From an uncultured Acidobacteriota bacterium (GTDB lineage Bacteria; Acidobacteriota; DATKUA01): a DNA stretch of 64,000 bases. Where the stretch lies: NCBI GenBank assembly GCA_964408025.1, contig CAYOXX010000002.1:97711-161710 (forward strand), given 5' to 3'. The notes under the pieces are model-generated. The model was not told the DNA's origin. It worked only from the letters and a program-made list of their open reading frames with translations, and searched no databases. Shown in pieces: positions 59,927-64,000 of this stretch. Position 1 is the stretch's first letter. Each line of letters begins with the position of its first letter. The position numbers and the translations under genes are program-made.

Positions 59927-60954
59927 GCCGCTCGCCCACTGTTTTGATACTTCTGCCGCAGGTGCCGCTGGTGCGCGGTGGCGCCGAGCGCCAGGCGGAG
60001 GCTCTATGCGGGAAGCTGCTGGAACGTGGCATACGAGCCGATGTGGTGACTGTGCCCTTCCACTGGGAGCCGAAGGAGACGGTTGTCAGGGAAGCGCTCG
60101 CCTGGCGGCTGCTCGACCTGGAGGCCGATCTCGTCGTGCCGCTGAAGTTCCCCGCATACCTGGTTCGCCACCCGCGCAAGGTCACCTGGCTCTGTCACCA
60201 GTTCCGCCAGCTATACGAGTTCCACGGCACGCCGCTGTCCGGCTTCGCCAACACGCCTCCCGACCACGAGCTGCGCGAGCGGATCGTCGAGCTGGACACC
60301 CGCTGCCTGCGTGAGAGCCTGGCCATCTACACCAACAGCCGCAACACGGCAGCGCGGCTGCGCAAATACAACGGCCTCGACGGCGAGCCGCTCTACCCTC
60401 CCCCGCCCCACGCCGAGAGGCTGCGCTGCGACGGCTACGGCGACTTCGTCCTCGCCGTCGGCCGGCTCGAGGTGGACAAGCGCTTCGACCTCCTGCTCAG
60501 GGCCGCCGCAAAGGCCTCGCCCAAGGTCAGGATCAAGATCGCCGGCACGGGCTCGCAACAGGAGAACCTGCTCTCACTGGCCGAAGAGCTGGGGGTCGCG
60601 GAGCGGGTCGAACTACTCGGCTGGGTAGACGAGGACAAGCTGATCAGCCTCTACGCCGGCTGCCGCGCCGTCCACTTCGCGCCGGCCGACGAGGACTTCG
60701 GCCTCATCGCCATCGAGGCGATGCTCTCGGCCAAACCAGTCGTCACGGCGACCGATTCCGGCGGCCCGCTCGAGCACGTGCGCGACGGCGAGAACGGTTA
60801 CGTATTACCGCCCGACCCGGAGGTGCACGCCGAGGCCCTCGACCGGCTCTGGGCCGACGCCGACCTATGCCGCAGCCTTGGCGAGCGCGGCGCCCGCGAC
60901 GCCGTCGGCATCACCTGGGACGCAGTGCTCGACCGCCTCCTGCAGTGGGTGTAG
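59923..60954 (+). CDS. Glycosyltransferase family 4
   Basis: EDFGLIAIEAM motif, GT-B fold. Confidence 0.75.
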   Translation: MSRSPTVLILLPQVPLVRGGAERQAEALCGKLLERGIRADVVTVPFHWEPKETVVREALAWRLLDLEADLVVPLKFPAYLVRHPRKVTWLCHQFRQLYEFHGTPLSGFANTPPDHELRERIVELDTRCLRESLAIYTNSRNTAARLRKYNGLDGEPLYPPPPHAERLRCDGYGDFVLAVGRLEVDKRFDLLLRAAAKASPKVRIKIAGTGSQQENLLSLAEELGVAERVELLGWVDEDKLISLYAGCRAVHFAPADEDFGLIAIEAMLSAKPVVTATDSGGPLEHVRDGENGYVLPPDPEVHAEALDRLWADADLCRSLGERGARDAVGITWDAVLDRLLQWV

Positions 60955-60956
60955 CC

Positions 60957-61751
60957 GTGCGCGCCGCCGTCATGCTCTGGGGCCGCGACGCCGCCTCGAA
61001 ATACCGGCAAGCGCTGCAGCAGCTTCCAGATCGGATGGACGGCTTTACTATCTTCAGCGACCTTCCGCAGCAGGGGGCGAGAGAGCTGCATTACCTACGC
61101 TTCGCCGAATTAGATGGCGCGGACCCGTTCGACCTGGTCGTTCACAACCTCGACGACGCGCCCGAGTTCGCTTCGAGCTTCCCATACGTCGTGCGCCGAC
61201 CCGGCGTCCTCTTCCTCGGCGACATCTACATGCACCGCTACGCCCGCGCCACCAGCCACAGCGCCCTGGACGGCTGGGGCTACCGCTGGATAGTGGGCGC
61301 CGCCTGTCCCGAACGGGCAGACGCCCTCGCCCGCCTCGCCGAGGCCGGGATTCCGCCCGGGGCGCTCGCGCGGAAGCTCCCGTTAGCGCCGGCGCTCGCC
61401 CGCCGCTCCGCAGCCGTGGTCGTGCCCGACTACGATTCCTGGCTCTTATTCGACGCGGAAGAGTACATGCCTCCAATCGCGGTCATCGCGCCGCCGGATA
61501 TCTCGGCGCCCGAGGGTGAAGTCTCCCCTTCCTCGGAATTCGAGGCCTTCGCCGACGCTTTCGAACGAATGCTGCCCTCGTGGATCGAGAGGGCGAAAGA
61601 GGCCGCAAGCACCATCCCGCCGCTCGAGCATCCCCACCGTGACCTGCTCGGCCTCGAGAGGCGGCGGGTATTTGAGCGCTTCGACGAAGAAGACCGCGCG
61701 CTGGCCGAGCTCGTAGCGAAACCGCTGGTAGAATTGCTTGGGGCGCCTTGA
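60957..61751 (+). CDS. Hypothetical protein within the glycosylation cluster (GTG start abutting the GT4 stop)
   Basis: The ORF track lists an over-extended 60867 start that overlaps the GT4 gene. Trimmed to the first in-frame start after the GT4 stop. Confidence 0.4.
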   Translation: MRAAVMLWGRDAASKYRQALQQLPDRMDGFTIFSDLPQQGARELHYLRFAELDGADPFDLVVHNLDDAPEFASSFPYVVRRPGVLFLGDIYMHRYARATSHSALDGWGYRWIVGAACPERADALARLAEAGIPPGALARKLPLAPALARRSAAVVVPDYDSWLLFDAEEYMPPIAVIAPPDISAPEGEVSPSSEFEAFADAFERMLPSWIERAKEAASTIPPLEHPHRDLLGLERRRVFERFDEEDRALAELVAKPLVELLGAP

Positions 61752-61794
61752 GAGGGCTTGCATCCCTCAGATTTAACAGTAGAATCGGTTCGCC

Positions 61795-62784
61795 ATGACG
61801 AAGAAAGATAACAAAGGCAAATTCGACGCGCTGGCCGAGGCCCGCCGCGTGCTCGGCGAGGAGGCGGATTCCGTGCGCCAGCTCGCCGAGGGTCTCGACG
61901 CCGACTTCGCCGGCGCCGTGGAAGCGATCTTCAACTGCCCCGGCCGCGTAATCGTCTGCGGCATGGGCAAGTCGGGATTGGTAGGCAAGAAGATCTCGTC
62001 CACTCTCGCCTCCACCGGCACGCCAGCCGTCTTCCTACACCCCGCCGAGGGGCTCCACGGCGACCTGGGAGTGACCACCGACAAGGACCTCGCCATCGCC
62101 ATCAGTTATAGTGGCGAGACCGAGGAGCTGTTGGCGATTCTGCCCTTCTTCAAGCGCTTCGGCGTCAAGATCATCGCCGTCTGCGGCGTCAGGGACTCGA
62201 CGCTCGGCCGCGCCGCAGACTTCTTTCTCAACGTACACGTGGAGAGGGAAGCCTGCCCGCTGGGGATCACGCCAACCTCCAGCTCGGCGGCGACCATGGC
62301 GATGGGCGACGCCCTGGCGATGGCGCTCCTGCGCCGGCGCGGCTTCGACCGCGACGACTTCGCACTACGCCATCCCCGCGGCAGCCTCGGGCGCCAGCTA
62401 CTCCTGCGCGTGGCCGATCTGCAGCACTCCGGCGACGAGCTCCCCGTAGTCGGCGAGGAGCGCACGCTGCGCGAGGCGATAGTCGAGATGAGCCGCAAGC
62501 GCCTCGGCATGACCGCTGTCGTCGACGGCAACGGCCGGCTTACCGGCATCATCACCGACGGCGACCTGCGCCGCATCCTCGAGCGCGACGTTGAGCCACT
62601 CGGCGACCTTGTGCGCGACGTCATGTCGGCCAGCCCGAAGACGATCGCCGAAGATGCCCTGGCCACTGAAGCCCTGCGGGTGATGGAACTCAGCGCCATC
62701 ACTTCGCTGCTTACTGTTAAACTCGACGGCTCACCCAGGGGCGTCATACATATCCACGATATACTCAAGGCCGGCATACGTTGA
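61795..62784 (+). CDS. kdsD: Arabinose-5-phosphate isomerase (SIS plus tandem CBS domains)
   Basis: VCGMGKSG SIS motif and a C-terminal CBS pair. KpsF/GutQ family. Confidence 0.85.
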   Translation: MTKKDNKGKFDALAEARRVLGEEADSVRQLAEGLDADFAGAVEAIFNCPGRVIVCGMGKSGLVGKKISSTLASTGTPAVFLHPAEGLHGDLGVTTDKDLAIAISYSGETEELLAILPFFKRFGVKIIAVCGVRDSTLGRAADFFLNVHVEREACPLGITPTSSSAATMAMGDALAMALLRRRGFDRDDFALRHPRGSLGRQLLLRVADLQHSGDELPVVGEERTLREAIVEMSRKRLGMTAVVDGNGRLTGIITDGDLRRILERDVEPLGDLVRDVMSASPKTIAEDALATEALRVMELSAITSLLTVKLDGSPRGVIHIHDILKAGIR

Positions 62785-63171
62785 TCCGCCAAGGCGGACG
62801 GCGGAGCCCATACATTGGGCCGGATCCTCCAAAGGCGGACGAGTTCAGCCTGCCCCTACTGTTGCTTGGATGCATCGCGGGCGGCATCCGCCTACTCTCC
62901 AACTACGCTGAAGCTTCATCGGACAAGCAGGCTCCGGCAAACATGTTCAGGCCGCCCCTACCGTTGCTTTCGTAAGCGCGTCCATTCAGGGCGCGCGTTT
63001 GTACATCCAAGCATGGGTACTTCAGTACACCACGGCGGGCGTCTGTCGCGCTGATGCGCGATCAGTCGGGCTCCGCCTTCGTCCGCCGCGGCGGACTTCA
63101 GCGGATAAATTCAGCCCGACGCTACATCGAGTTCAATAACAGTCGAATATAGTTTTATAACGAATAGAGTT

Positions 63172-64000
63172 TCAGTCGCGCTGGACGACTTTAATTTTCT
63201 TCCAGGCGACTTTCGAGCCGAGGTTTTTAAACCAGTCCATGCCCTCGGATACCATGTCGAATTCGATCAGGTATTCACCCGGCTGCTCTATAGGCGGGAT
63301 CTCGATTCCCATCTCGAACGACCTGCCCGAAGGTGTGTCGCGGGGGATGAATTCGCGTGCGAAGTCGCGGTCGATGACGTTCTTGTTCCGGTCGCAAAGC
63401 TGCCCCCCCAGGCGGACAGTGCGTAACCAGCCGAGGGCCGCGCGCTGCCACTGTGAAGAGCCGACATTCTTGGCCCGTACTTTAATCTTGAGTGGTTTGC
63501 CTGCCTCGACGTCTATCCTCTTTGTCAGCACTTTGATTTTGGCGCGGTATCTCCTGCTCTTTATCGCGCTGGCGAAGTGGCTGGTATCCCATATCTCGTG
63601 ATAGATCTTTTCCCAGGCGGGCGTGCCGATCTGGTACTTCTCGGACTTGGCCTCCTCCGGGTGGTCGGTGATCTCCCAAACGAGCTTGTCGACACCGATC
63701 TTCCTGGCCAGGCGCCTCGCCTTGTTCATCTGGGTTTCGGAGTCGTTCCACTTGAAGAGGATATAGCGCCAGTTGATGAGGGGGTACTCCTTGCCGAGGC
63801 GGTTTCGTTTCTTCACGAAGATTCTCATGATATCGAAAACTTTATCGAAATCACCTTTCTGGCGGTACTTGACGTAGGTCTCCTGGTCGGGGCCGTCGAC
63901 GGAGAAGGTGATCTCGTCGACACCAGCATCGATGAGCCTGCGCATTTTGTCCTCAGTGATGAGGAGTCCGTTGGTGCTGACGTAGATGTACACATGGGGA
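63172..64000 (-). CDS. Radical SAM domain protein, partial (the N-terminal CxxxCxxC region lies beyond the window). Low-GC gene
   Basis: Radical-SAM core strands IYVSTNGLL ... ITFSVDG. Confidence 0.55.
   Translation of the reverse strand, partial: PHVYIYVSTNGLLITEDKMRRLIDAGVDEITFSVDGPDQETYVKYRQKGDFDKVFDIMRIFVKKRNRLGKEYPLINWRYILFKWNDSETQMNKARRLARKIGVDKLVWEITDHPEEAKSEKYQIGTPAWEKIYHEIWDTSHFASAIKSRRYRAKIKVLTKRIDVEAGKPLKIKVRAKNVGSSQWQRAALGWLRTVRLGGQLCDRNKNVIDRDFAREFIPRDTPSGRSFEMGIEIPPIEQPGEYLIEFDMVSEGMDWFKNLGSKVAWKKIKVVQRD

Noticed and set aside
63081-63096. The palindrome gtccgccgcggcggac as an intrinsic terminator
   Set aside because: No U-run follows on either strand, so it is not listed as a terminator feature.

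Overview
This window is about 64% GC and comes from a bacterial chromosome, probably an uncultivated FCB-group or Gemmatimonadota-like organism. That guess rests on carboxypeptidase-regulatory-like TonB receptors and GWxTD, GYD and DUF4097 proteins, and I cannot confirm it without a search. The conserved core genes are an IspH fused to a UbiA-like membrane domain, aspS, an orphan parA-like ATPase, efp, glycerate 2-kinase, gap, ugd, kdsD and a tRNA-Ser(GGA). There is a peptidoglycan-remodelling cluster (L,D-transpeptidase, M14 carboxypeptidase, LysM protein, HD-GYP response regulator). There is also an LPS/polysaccharide cluster (ugd, methyltransferase, GT4, kdsD, radical SAM). The most notable region is a compositionally distinct island of about 50% GC at roughly 14.0-30.6 kb. 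It carries a secreted class-2 lipase, a very AT-rich Kelch plus beta-helix protein, and an 8.6-kb hydantoin / beta-alanine type module. That module encodes a class III aminotransferase, hydantoinase, PLP decarboxylase, alanine/glycine symporter, hydantoin racemase and an M20 amidohydrolase. The island also carries small secreted and membrane proteins plus a GYD protein. Its modules are separated by copies of a roughly 100-bp intergenic element with 7-bp terminal inverted repeats. That gives a cassette-like layout, with no recombinase visible in the window. Other notable points are a possible autoinducer-synthase-like alpha-oxoamine synthase paired with a GAF-PAS sigma-54 activator, a tRNA-Ser with a nearby partial 3' end duplication, a subtilase remnant, and several tandem-repeat proteins. 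The ORF track accepts ATG, GTG and TTG starts and reports the most upstream one, so several listed starts are over-extended. I have trimmed starts only where a signal peptide or Shine-Dalgarno context supports it.
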